From NCBI GenBank assembly GCA_964016885.1, contig OZ024742.1:351974001-352038000 (forward strand): a DNA stretch of 64,000 nucleotides. The letters run 5' to 3'. The notes beneath the pieces were generated by a model. That model was not told where the DNA came from and did no database searches. It worked only from the letters and a program-made list of their open reading frames with translations. The position numbers were made by a program, and so were the translations under genes. Every line of letters begins with the position of its first letter. The first letter of the stretch is position 1. The stretch comes from Eledone cirrhosa (Eukaryota). Shown piece after piece: positions 13,964 through 25,288 of this stretch.

Positions 13964-15377
13964 AAAATGACCGCCTGACTATCGCGCAACATGGCTTCCG
14001 CCCAGGAAGAAGCTGCCTTACACAGCTGCTACATCACTACGACTGGGTACTGAGACAACTACTAGACAGCTCACATGTGGACGTGATATATCTTGACTTT
14101 GCGAAGGCCTTTGACAAGGTCGACCACGGAATGATATGTCACAAACTACACGGACTCAGCATAACTGGAAAAGTAGGTGAGTGGCTGCATGGCTTCCTAA
14201 GGGACAGAAGCCAGGCAGTCGCAGCAAATGGGGCTCTCTCAAAGGAAACACCAATAACAAGTGTGGGGGGGGGGGGGGGGGGGGCGAGGGACAGTTCTGG
14301 GACCACTAATGTTTTCGGTGGCTCTCTCAGACCTGCCCTCTGTAGTACATACAACAACATCCCTCACTAGCTATGCTGATGACACTAAGGTAGCACAGGG
14401 AATAAAAAACCCGACTGACGCTGCATTTTACAGCAGGATCTGGAGGCCATATACAAATGAGCGGAAGAAAACAACATGCAGTTTAATGCTGGCAAATTCC
14501 AAGCCATACAATACAAACCTCCAAACAAACCTGCAAACACAAATATAGTGGAACACAACTACACATGACCAGAAGGGACTGATATCCCCGTGTCAAAATC
14601 GATACGAGACCTGGCCATAGACATGAGCGATGATGCATCTTTTTCTTCACACATCATGAAAGTGGCGACAATGTGCAGACGACTCGCTGGCTGGATCTTG
14701 AGGACTTTCCGGACAAGAGATCGAGACACCATGTTGACACTGTGGAGGACATTTGTCCTAAGCCGCCTGGACTACTGCTTCCCAGTTGTGGTCACCCCAT
14801 AGTGTCAAACTAACCACGGAGCTTGAGGCAATCCAGCGAAGCTACACCAAGAGGATTGCCAAGATGAGGGAGACAAACTACTGGGAGAGGCTAAAGGAAC
14901 TGAACCTCTACTCCTTGGAGCGAAGACGGGAGATCTACGCAGTGATCTACATGTGGAAAATCCTTGAGAGACTAGCACCAAACTCTGGCATTGAGAGCTG
15001 GACCAACCGTCGAACAGGACGTCACTGTGTGGTGCCAAAGGTCCCGTCTTCCACATCTAGAATAAGGAGCAGGTATTGCAATAGCCTGGGATTCAAGGGC
15101 CCTCAACTCTTCAACAGGCTGCCGAGGGATCTGAGAGACTTGCATGACGTGGAGGTGGATGTCTTCAAGAAACATCTCGACACCTTGTTATCCAGGATCC
15201 CGGATGAGCCCACAGCAAGACACGAGGGAAACCTAAGGGCAGCAGCAACAAACTACCTCTTACACCAGTGGCCAACCAATACAGGCTGGAGATAAAATGT
15301 GTAGCAACAAGGGCGGTGCCCCAGCATGGCCTCAGCCGGATGGCTGAAACAGGTAAAAGAGTAAAATAGTAAAAGAG

Positions 15378-15378
<1 letters not shown>
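13964..15378 (+). mobile_element. CR1-clade LINE, 5'-truncated, RT domain to 3' end, frameshifted
   Basis: QHGFRPGRSCLTQLL, VDVIYLDFAKAFDKVDH, GTVLGPLMF, YADDTK, SRLDYC..WSP..LEAIQR, YWERLKELNLYSLERRR; 3' UTR ggcggtgccccagcatggcc and (AAAAGAGT)-like tail. Confidence 0.92.
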
Positions 15379-15405
<27 letters not shown>

Positions 15406-15410
<5 letters not shown>

Positions 15411-16277
15411 GATGTAAAATAAGAAAATTATAAAAATTAACTTACTTACTAAAATTTCACTCCAACTAATTAGTTTCTGAAAGGGAATAAACATAGGTTC
15501 CGAAGAAACGTACGGAGAAGCCTATCAGGGATTTCTATATCAGCTAAGTTTCCAGGCGATGCGTGGACACAGGGAACTTATACAAAAATAATTCAGTGGA
15601 TGGAAAAAAGCAATGCGTGGACTAAGTTCATTATTTTACATCTTTCACATTGTTCTGCATTGAACCACAAAGTTACTAAGACAAAACCTATATATTTGCT
15701 GGCATAAGTATTCATCTGTATATATATGTTAGTAGATATACTAATTCTTTATAATTATCTCCAAATTATTTTGTTGAGCCAAAATTGGCCAAAACTGCTA
15801 CTATAGTTCATAGTAATGGTTCGGCTGCTGTCTTCTTAACAAACCACTCCTCACTGATTAACCTCGATGTCACGTGATTGATTCTTTTGAATTTGCCACC
15901 GACGCAGTAGGCAGTGATTTTTTCAATGGCTTGGAACTTAGTCCACGCTTTGCTTTTTTCCATCCACTGAATTATTTTTGTATAAGTTCCCTGTGTCCAC
16001 GCATCGCCTGGAAACTTAGCTGAGAATAGACATCCCTGATGACGAAAGGCTTCTCCGTACGTTTTTCGGAAACTATGTTTATTCCCTTTCAGAAACTAAT
16101 TAGTTGGAGTGAAATTTAAGTAAGTAAGTACATTTTTATAATTTTCTTATTTTACGTCTTTCATATTATTGTTCTGCATCCCCATGCATTGAACCACAAA
16201 GTTACTAAGACAAAACCTATACATTTGCTGGCATAAGTATGCATCTGTATATATATATGTTAGTAGATATACTAATT

Positions 16278-16283
<6 letters not shown>
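15406..16283. mobile_element. Inverted plus partial-tandem repeat element with degenerate HHR (Penelope-like pLTR architecture)
   Basis: 15406-15629 is inverted to 15933-16165; 15630-15752 is direct to 16146-16283; CTGATGA-CGAAAG..TTTTCG-GAAA at 16036-16072. Confidence 0.65.
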
Positions 16284-16333
<50 letters not shown>

Positions 16334-16358
16334 TTCTTATATCGATATTATTTGGGCA

Positions 16359-16482
16359 TCCACTGATGAGTTAATAAGAACCCGCTTGTGTATAAAAATA
16401 TGGATTATATACTAGTTTCTACATAACCTGAAAATTATTTATCCCAAATTGTAGAAATATTATAAGGAAACGGCCGTCTGGA
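16359..16482 (+). ncRNA. Putative type I hammerhead ribozyme with ~97 nt stem II insertion
   Basis: TCCA-CTGATGA(16363)...GAAA(16467)-CGGCC-GTC-TGGA: stem I TCCA/TGGA, palindromic stem III ACGGCCGT, GUC site; internal hairpin tttctaca/tgtagaaa. Confidence 0.6.
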
Positions 16483-16859
16483 AGGAAAGAGATATTTATT
16501 TAATAATGTCTCATATAAAATAATACAACCACCTATCCACGAAATACTGATTAGTTAGCACCCCAAATAACAAATTGGGATAATACTTAGGTATATCCTA
16601 ATGTTTGTTGAGTGAGATGGAGTTGGTCGGAGTATCGCTTATGGCTTTCTGTGTTTATGTATCGTATATATATATATATATATATCTTTTAGTTTTGTTG
16701 GTTCACCACTGGATAGAACTGGTCATTCCGTATAGTCAACCTCAATGTAATATTAGGGAGAACACTCGACGTAATGTAACCCACCCGTCTTCGTTTCTGT
16801 TGTTGGTGGTGCGAGTACGGATTTAATTATCATAAAATAACAGGAGGCTGGACTGGTGT

Positions 16860-17470
16860 AATTCCTTAAAGGTTTATTATACTGTAACATTTTCAATGAC
16901 CGGGTTCAGTATGATTCTGGTGACTTCATCAGGTATTCGAAATTTAACAAAGGAATATAATTTCATGGGACTGAAAAGGCAGAGAGAGACAAGGCGGCAA
17001 CACATTTAGCAGTTTCTAGTCAGGACGGCCGCCTTCAAGTGACGAATACCAATTCTTCTTATTCCTTTCTTAGTGAAGGGGCGTAAGCTTATAGTGAACT
17101 ATTACCACCACCCGTCACGGACAGCGGCTAGCGGTTGTATAAGGTTACATTGAAGTTGGTCAATAGTGCTAAAAAGTGCAAAGAAATATATTTTTTCAAA
17201 AAACATATCTTTAACAAAGCTATATATAGTGGGCTATATATACAGGACATTTTACATTGTAGGGTCAGAAATCTTATTAACGATTAGAAATATAAAATTG
17301 ATGTTTAGAATTAAAAGATGTCATTTAAGATGAGATTAGAAAAGTAGGATTTAGGTTTAAAGTTGGGAGATTTAGTTAAAGAATTTACAGAAGGAGGCGT
17401 TTATGAAAATGTTAATTGTATTATTGATAGTCACGATAATGTTTCAAGCCTGAATCTAATACATCATCCT
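16860..17470 (-). mobile_element. Decayed Penelope-like 3' end (GIY-YIG C-terminal trace plus degenerate HHR and polyA signal)
   Basis: Minus strand: KRLLL*IL*LNLPTLN resembles the R..LE..I...P.LN end of the PLE endonuclease; CTGATGA-AGT..ACT-GAAC-CCG-GTC at ~16897-16932, followed by AATAAA. Confidence 0.4.
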
Positions 17471-17540
17471 TGCTTGTATTTGTCCTCTCTAGTTTTGACA
17501 CCCACGCACACACGCGCGCAGACACAGACTCGCAGTCACG

Positions 17541-17611
<71 letters not shown>

Positions 17612-17670
17612 CACACACACACACACGCACACACACACACACATACACACACACACACACACACAAACAA

Positions 17671-17720
<50 letters not shown>

Positions 17721-17858
17721 AACATAAATAGCTATATTGTATAATTAAGAATGGTTTACCTTTGGATATTAGAAAAGCAGAGTTAAACACGTTATTCAAT
17801 ACATTATTAGAGACGAACGATATTTTTATTTTCTCTTCATAGAAAATGACTCCTACAG

Positions 17859-17892
17859 GACAAGTATTGTTTCATTCGTTTGAAATCATCAG
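17859..17892 (-). ncRNA. Hammerhead-like core (stem I unpaired)
   Basis: CTGATGA-tTTC-aaac-GAAt-GAAA-CAA-tac-TTG-TC on the minus strand. Confidence 0.45.
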
Positions 17893-18361
17893 GGATATCA
17901 GTTAATGTTGGTTAGGTTCTTTATATATTTATTGCTTGGGTGTGGGGGAAAACAGCAAAAAAAAAGAGAGGGGGAGAGGAAAGGGAAAGAGCTACATATT
18001 TACTCATAGTGGGGTCTTAACAATATTGATATCGAATATAAGCACAAGACCAGCACATTTTGGGCGATAGGTAAATGCAATTATATCGATCCTAGTGGTT
18101 GACGTTTGCTTTAGTTTATCGATGCTGGAGAGATGAAACGGAATATTGACCTCATTAACAGGATAATATTAATTACAAGTAATATTTCCTCCTTAATCCA
18201 CTCTTTCCCTCACTTTATCTGACACAAACATATCGATAAATAACTAACCTGGTCAACATAAGACATTTCAACACGATAGGTACACACACACACGTGTGGG
18301 TGCCTGTTTGTATATATTGTGTATGATATATATATATATATATATCATTGTGTACATTGTG

Positions 18362-18413
<52 letters not shown>

Positions 18414-18476
18414 TCTCGTATATATACATATATACATATACATAGGCACTTGTAGTTCTTTCCTGTAGGCACTTAC

Positions 18477-18491
18477 TCGACATATAGGAGA
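18477..18491 (-). other. Candidate 15-nt microexon (SPICR in phase 0)
   Basis: Minus strand ttttgcattgcag|TCTCCTATATGTCGA|gtaagt: consensus acceptor and donor, frame-preserving length. Confidence 0.3.
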
Positions 18492-19129
18492 CTGCAATGC
18501 AAAAGTGACATAATTATTATTGGTGTAGGAAGGATAATATATCAAGGAGATAAGCAGGTAAAGAATAATGTGTTGATTGATACTTCAAATTCCTTCAATA
18601 CTTCGAATATTTACAATATGTTTGGCATTAGAAAGGTCTGCCAGATATATGATTTCCAGCTGCGTCCTTGCATGAGTTGAAGCAGCTACATTATGGTTAC
18701 AAATCATATGGTATGTATATTTTATATGGATACGTATGGAAATATATCCAGAGGGCAAACCACAATATGTTCTTAGCTTCTCTTTCATATCAGAAGGACA
18801 ATTGTGTTATAGTCTCAATTTAACAAATTACAAATACTAATCCTTTATAATCTATGATGTATATTTCTGCTTATATATCATGTTAATTAGCCCGCAGTTA
18901 AATGAAGTAATATCTACTCTCTAAAGACATAATGAAACAAATTCTTCCGAAATAATTCAAAACAGATTATTTGTCTCATTTTTACTGTAACATTTGAATC
19001 AGTTATATGTAATCTGTAAGGTACATATGTATTTGGAATCATATCACATAGACATCACAATAGTGAATCCGTGTCGTCAAAACTGACGGTATGTCAATAT
19101 ACTGTGTGATTTTCATTATTCTAGGATCA

Positions 19130-19270
19130 ATAATGGCAGTCGATTGGCAGCATAGATTTACGGCCATTCACGTTCTGAAGTCAAATCCCACCAAAGTTAG
19201 CTTTCCCTTTCATCGTTACCGTGTTGATAAAGTAGAATACCAGTCACACACTGGAGTAGATTTAATCGAC
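19130..19270 (+). mobile_element. Degenerate SINE copy
   Basis: gattggcag..aagtcaaatcccaccaaagttagctttcccttcatc..gataaagtagaataccag. Confidence 0.6.
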
Positions 19271-19426
19271 ATTCCCATAATTCTGCTGTTAGATATTTTC
19301 CTTCCTCTATCTATATATTCCAGTAAATGGAATATGTTAAAATGAATGACTAATCTGACTTAAGTTATTTAAGAATAAAAGCAATACCTCTCTTCCTACT
19401 GGTTAGGCACGGTAGTGGACTAGCCA

Positions 19427-19605
19427 GGGCGGTGGTTTGGCAGTGTCGATAGAGGGTCAGACGACATGCTTTGCAGCGAAGAGTTACGGCCCTTTATGAT
19501 CTGAGTTCAAATCCCACCGAGGTTAACTTTGCCTTTCATCCTTACGTGGTCGATAAAATAAAGTACCAGTAATTGCAGGGCCTTATGCCAAAAAGTAGAA
19601 ACAAT
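19427..19605 (+). mobile_element. Full-length SINE copy
   Basis: gggcggtggtttggcagtgtcgatagaggg..gagttcaaatcccaccgagg..core..aagtagaaacaat. Confidence 0.88.
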
Positions 19606-19649
19606 GATATATCCAATGGAAATAAGAGAGTGTGCATTAGTTTGAAATA

Positions 19650-19842
19650 ATGTTTTCTGATTTAGGAAAGGGGCCGACAATGTTGGTGGCAGGTGAAAAT
19701 CGAATAAAGTTTATTTTTATCGACCCCGTAACGATGAAAGGCAAAGTTAAACTCGACAGGATTTGAACTCAGATCGTAAGGGGCTATAACTTTATGCAAC
19801 AAAACATGGTGTTCGATGCTCTACCGATTCTTCCAATCCACC
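19650..19842 (-). mobile_element. SINE copy, tail-to-tail with the previous one
   Basis: tatcgaccccgtaacgatgaaaggcaaagttaa..gatttgaactcag..ctctaccgattcttccaatccacc. Confidence 0.82.
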
Positions 19843-20584
19843 CCACCTACATTGAAATAAAGAAAGCTATTCAAGGCATTACTAAAGATACTTATCTGGC
19901 ATTAGGTCTCAGATTGCAGAACGTTATTGAAAGTATCTAAATATTTGTGAGAACCTATTTTTCTTGTTATATTTGTTGTGCAACCAAGTCCCTCTAATAC
20001 TGGATATCCAGATGTCCTGAGATTTAGTAAAAAAGGTGCTTTTATTTGCTTGCAATTTCAAATTGAAACAACGGCAGCAGATAATGTCTGAGTAAAATGC
20101 AATACCTGAAATCAAAATAATAGGCGCCTCAAATGTGTCATATCCCCTACCATATGTTACTGTTCTCATGAAGGCAGAAATTACTGAAGTATCTAAATAT
20201 AGGTGATATCATATTGTTTTTGTTTTTCTGTTTCGTAATCCATTATCACTAACAGTGGAAAACCAAGTTACAGCAGATTTAAAGCAACTGTCATATTTAA
20301 GTCAACAATAATTATTGTCAATTACTTTTTTTTGTGAAATGCAAAATTATTGATGATTCTAATTTATTATTGACCCTGGAAAGTAATGCTATTTGGAAGC
20401 TATTTCCGTCATATACAAACATCTCATATCCATCAAAATAACCAGAGAGTTTATAATTCTTTTGAGATTTAATCAATGATGGTTAGAATGTTAAATGAAA
20501 AGAAGACACCAACAATTGACAGTTAGAATAACAAAACCAATAATAATGATTTTTATAATATCCACAAGTACACAATAGTAATGG

Positions 20585-21001
20585 TCTCTGATGTAGGCAC
20601 AAGGCTAACAATGTGGGAATAGGCGTACGTCGATATCATCAACCATGGTGTCTTACTGATACTCTATCTTATCGACCAGGTAAGGATGACAATCCAACCA
20701 CTTTGGAATTTGAAATCAGAACGTAAAGGGTGGTAACTACCAACATGCTAACGATGTGGCAAACCCATCCCGGTTAAAATAATAGTTTCTGATTTAGAGA
20801 CAAGACCAACAGGATTTTGGGGGAGTTGTAAGTCGATTAATTCTAGCCAGTGTATTACTGGTACTTTATTTCATCGACCACGTAATTATAAAAGGTAAAG
20901 TTAACGTAGGTGGGATTTTAACTCAGACCGTAAAGGGCCTTAACGCTATGCTGCAAAGCATGGTGTCTCAGGCACTACAGATACTGACAACCGACAGCCC
21001 T
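20585..21001 (-). mobile_element. Two tandem SINE copies (~20585-20770, ~20783-21001)
   Basis: Each has the aggcacaaggc/agacaagacc tail, actggtactttatttcatcgac core and atttgaa-tcag B-box on the minus strand. Confidence 0.75.
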
Positions 21002-21372
21002 CAAACTTTTAATAATAACAATATTGCTAACAATCAGTCAGGAAGCGAGAGAAAAATCATAAATAAATAACACTAATAAGGCATGTAATTAAAATGAAAG
21101 CATAGATATTTCAGGTGAAGTGCTATGGAGTATTAATAGAAACAATTATTATCAAAAGTTAGCAGGAAGGTTTTTGAAAGGATTTAATTTCGCTATAGAC
21201 GCCAAAACACCTACAATCCAGATATGAACATATAATCGTTTGAATATATAATCTGGGCATAATATTTTTATCAATGGACGTAGACGGCTGAATATAAAAA
21301 GCAACTAATCAGAAACACACAAACACAAACACCCATACACACATACCCCACTCCCATATATATATATATATA

Positions 21373-22110
21373 TATATAAGTGTGTATACGTACATACATA
21401 TATGTATACAGACGTACAGTAGTATGTATATATATATATATACATACATGCACACATGTACGTATGGATTTACCGATCATTTATTATAGTGCTCGGTTTG
21501 TTTGTAAACAAACATCCCGAATTAAGCCGTACTTTAGGAACCACGGTTGCCCTTTGTTCAACACTGACAAAGGAACGATGTACTAGTTTCAAGCTTATTA
21601 GCTATTGTCAGCACCATATAACTTCCTGCCGGATATATTGAACGTCTGAAAGTATATACATTCCTTATGCATATTAACGGCTGACTAGCCTAATTTGCAT
21701 ATCGAGTGAGTTAATCAGCCGAGCGCACCATATTGATAAATGGAAAAAAATGAAACGAAATTTCATTTCATCTCTCACTCTTAGTACGGCTGTTACTTAA
21801 ATATAAGTATGTATACGTACATACATATATGTATACAGACGTACAGTAGTATGTATATACGATGGTTGCTAAACAATGTACGGCTTAATTCGGGATGTTT
21901 GTTTATAAACAAACCGAGCACAATAATTAATGCTGGTAAATCCATACATATATATATATATATATATATGTGTGCATGTATGTATATATATATACATACT
22001 ACTGTAGGTCTGTATACATATATGTATGTACGTATACATATTTATATTTAAGTAACAGCCGTACTAAGAGTGAGTAATGAAATGAAATTTCGTTTCATTT
22101 TTTCCGTTTA
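21373..22110. mobile_element. Nested inverted/direct repeat element with HHR (Penelope-like pLTR architecture)
   Basis: 21373-21545 is inverted to ~21862-22045; 21736-21860 is inverted to ~21990-22110; HHR motif at 21577-21615 (-). Confidence 0.65.
21577..21615 (-). ncRNA. Minimal type I hammerhead with G8>A change
   Basis: GGTG-CTGACAA-tAGCT-aata-AGCTt-GAAA-CTA-GTA-CATC: stem I GGUG/CAUC, palindromic stem III ACUAGU, GUA site. Confidence 0.6.
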
Positions 22111-22134
22111 TATATATATATATATATAAGTCTA

Positions 22135-22290
22135 TAACAAATAGGGTGTGGTAAGACGCCAAGTGGACCATAATGCACCAGAGTACTCTATACTTAGGGT
22201 AGTAGAGTAGGTATTAGGAATATAGTCAGGACTCCGATGGCTGAGCTCCGGCCGTTTCGACACCTAGCTGTCGGGATCCGGAAACTTTTC
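22135..22290. mobile_element. 'AGGAACCAG' family copy
   Basis: gtggaccataatgcaccagagtactctatacttaggg..ggctgagctccggccgtttcgac. Confidence 0.7.
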
Positions 22291-22295
22291 CTATA

Positions 22296-22388
<93 letters not shown>

Positions 22389-22693
22389 CATTAAGGGTTG
22401 TCATGTCTGAGAGACATGCGCCATATCCACTGTAGAATAAGCTCAAAGATTAGATCCGAGCATTACATATCAACTAGAAATAGATTGACATATATATATA
22501 TAAAATAAATATATGAAAGAATCACAGGGAATAATTTGTAAGAATGTAAGCACACATAGCTACGTAGGTAACTAATTAAAGTTTAACTAGAACTTCAAAT
22601 ATAGATACCTTTTAAAATTATTAGCTTATCCCCATGCCATGCAACTAATCAATTATGGTGAAGTAACCCCATCTTAACTATACTTCATTTGAT

Positions 22694-22822
<129 letters not shown>

Positions 22823-22868
22823 ATACATATATATAGTATATATATATATAGTATATGTATATATATAT

Positions 22869-22921
<53 letters not shown>

Positions 22922-23076
22922 GATAACACGATATCGTTTTAGGTAATCCAGTTCGAGGTTGTGAGTACTCTGTACTATGGATAGTTTTAATGTACGGCGT
23001 TGTTTGAATCAATAAGAGGTTTCCTTAGTTAGGTAGCGAGCTTGCGGGAAGTCCCATGAGGTTATTCTTGGAGTAA

Positions 23077-23366
23077 TATTAGTGAAAGAGCGATGAATAA
23101 CATGGTCGCCTGTACATAAATGGTTTTATATACAGTATTAACAATTGTTTCATTAATCAGGTAAGTCTAATTCAGCTAATCAATTGATGTTGCGTCTCTC
23201 GACCATAAATACAGTGTGTGTCTCTGATCAAATCATCGGAATACAGCATTCCGACGATTTGATCAGAGGCCTTTAGACTTATCTGATGAATGAAAAAATT
23301 GTTAATACTGTAAATAAAACACTTTATGTACAGCCGAGCATGTTATTCATCACTCTTTCACTATAT
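23077..23366. repeat. Inverted repeat (~95 bp arms) with inner hairpin 23222-23268
   Basis: tagtgaaagagcgatgaataacatg / catgttattcatcactctttcacta; inner ctctgatcaaatcatcggaat / attccgacgatttgatcagag. Confidence 0.7.
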
Positions 23367-23522
23367 TTATATTTATATATATATATATATATTAATGAAA
23401 AAGAACAAAGGAAATATTATGACATTATAACAAGTTTATTGCCGACAGCCGTTTCGTCCGACCATATGGTGGGCCTATCAAGGCATATAACAGGTGATCG
23501 TAAGTTCATTATTTACATCAAC

Positions 23523-23709
23523 AAGAGGGCGGTGGATTGGCAGTATCGGTAGAGGGTCGGACGCCATGCTTTCCAGCATAGTTACGTCCCTTTACGATCT
23601 GAGTTCAAATCCCGCCGAGGTTGACTTTGCCTTTCATCCTTACGGGGTCGATAAAAAAGTACCAGTAATGCACTGGGTAATTGCTGGCCTTGTGCCTAAA
23701 GTAGAAACA
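23523..23709 (+). mobile_element. Full-length SINE with 15-bp TSD
   Basis: ATTATTTACATCAAC at 23508-23522 and 23710-23724; A- and B-boxes intact; empty site in the right arm at ~26446-26460. Confidence 0.95.
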
Positions 23710-25032
23710 ATTATTTACATCAACGTTTCACTCAAGATTAGCAGTTTGAAATCGTGGTATACATCAACAGCTCCGCTTGTATATTTGGGGTCTATATTCT
23801 AAGGCGGCTCTTTTATATGAGTTGTAGGAGTTGTAAAAGGGATGGGTTATAGGGAGTTAAGAGAATTTGAAAAGGGCCTAAGAGTTAGGGATTGAAGGTT
23901 AAAAATTAAAGAATTTATAAGTTACGCATTAAAAGTAAAAGACTTGGGATCTCGTAAAAGCACCTTAAAAAATCCCTCAATAACCGCATAAAGCTTATAA
24001 GCTCCAATAAACCTAACAAACCAGAAGAGATTAAGAGAATAAAAAAATAAAACAATAAAAATATAAAGTTTCCTAAAACAAACCTTCAAATGAAAAAAAA
24101 ATGTTTCTAGGAGATCTCGTTAACAAATTTCAGAAAATTTACGAAGATTTGATAATCCCTACTAAAGTTCTAAACTCAGAAATTAAAAATTAAAAATTAA
24201 AAATTAGGGAAAAGAACTTTCAATAAGATTTAACAGGTTAATAAAGTTAATGGTATAGGGAGTCCATAATATAAAGATTAAGATTTAAGTTAGGATTTGA
24301 ATTTTAAGTGTTCCAAACCCAGAAATTAAAAAAATTAATGAATTTAAGATTAAGCAATCTTATATATCATATAATATGATACCCCAAGATTCCATGTACG
24401 AGATTCACTGAAGCATGCGCAGACTTAACCGGGAGATGACATGCGAATTTGAAAATACCACAAGAGCGACCCTTTGGATAGCGTAGACGCCGGACCATAC
24501 CCGCAAATATATACCGTGATCTGTCTTGAATATGCATGACTGACGGGATATAGAAGCAACATGGATAACAGAACCACCATCTAAGCTAGAACCGACCCCT
24601 ACAACAAACAAAGAGGGGACAGCCCTTAGCATTTGACCAGTCGCGTGTGAGCTTGGAATTGGTGAGAGGAGGGGATAATAGCGAGAGACGCAATATACCA
24701 CCCCAATTAAGTCCATACTGGACTTTTTTACCAATTTATCATGTACACCAATACATCTTATACAGCAAGACGTTGGATTTAGAACCAGCAGGCTGATCTA
24801 TCGCAAACGCGTGCAATCCCCGAAACTAAAAGATCGAACGGACCACACCCTGCGACCACCAGCTATTTGATCCACAGGTACATTTCCCAGGGAGTGCACA
24901 CAGCTGATAGTGAATCCCAATTGATTCGTGAACTCGTAACTTTTAAACAAGACCAACTGTGCCTGGAGCTATGCAGATGACTGCATCCGCACAATGGATA
25001 TCGCACCCACAAGGTCACCTGTATTGTTCATC

Positions 25033-25288
25033 TTGCTCTATGTGTGTAAAGTATCCGTGCGTGGGATATCCCTGAATGGATTTACTTGACTGTTAATTGT
25101 TTATTGAGTGTTTGTTAATTAGGCAGGAATATACCATTGTGTCTTTGTTAATCCTATGTGTTGCTGTATGTGTGTAACGTATCCGAGCGTGGGATATCCC
25201 TGAGTAAATATTGCTTGACTGTTAATTGTTTATTGATTGTTTGTTAATTAGGCAGGAATATATTATTATGTCTTTGTTAATCGTATAT
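25033..25288. repeat. Tandem duplication, 2 x 128 bp
   Basis: ttgct-tatgtgtgtaa-gtatccg-gcgtgggatatccctga at 25033 and 25161. Confidence 0.85.

Noticed and set aside
23523-23625. A-box/B-box sequences as tRNA genes
   Set aside because: No cloverleaf; they continue into the SINE core and tail and occur as many diverged copies.
24405-24734. 109-aa minus-strand ORF with GVVY/GVYAI resembling GIY-YIG
   Set aside because: No YIG, R or E/N motifs follow, and it is antisense to the HHR/polyA orientation of the element.
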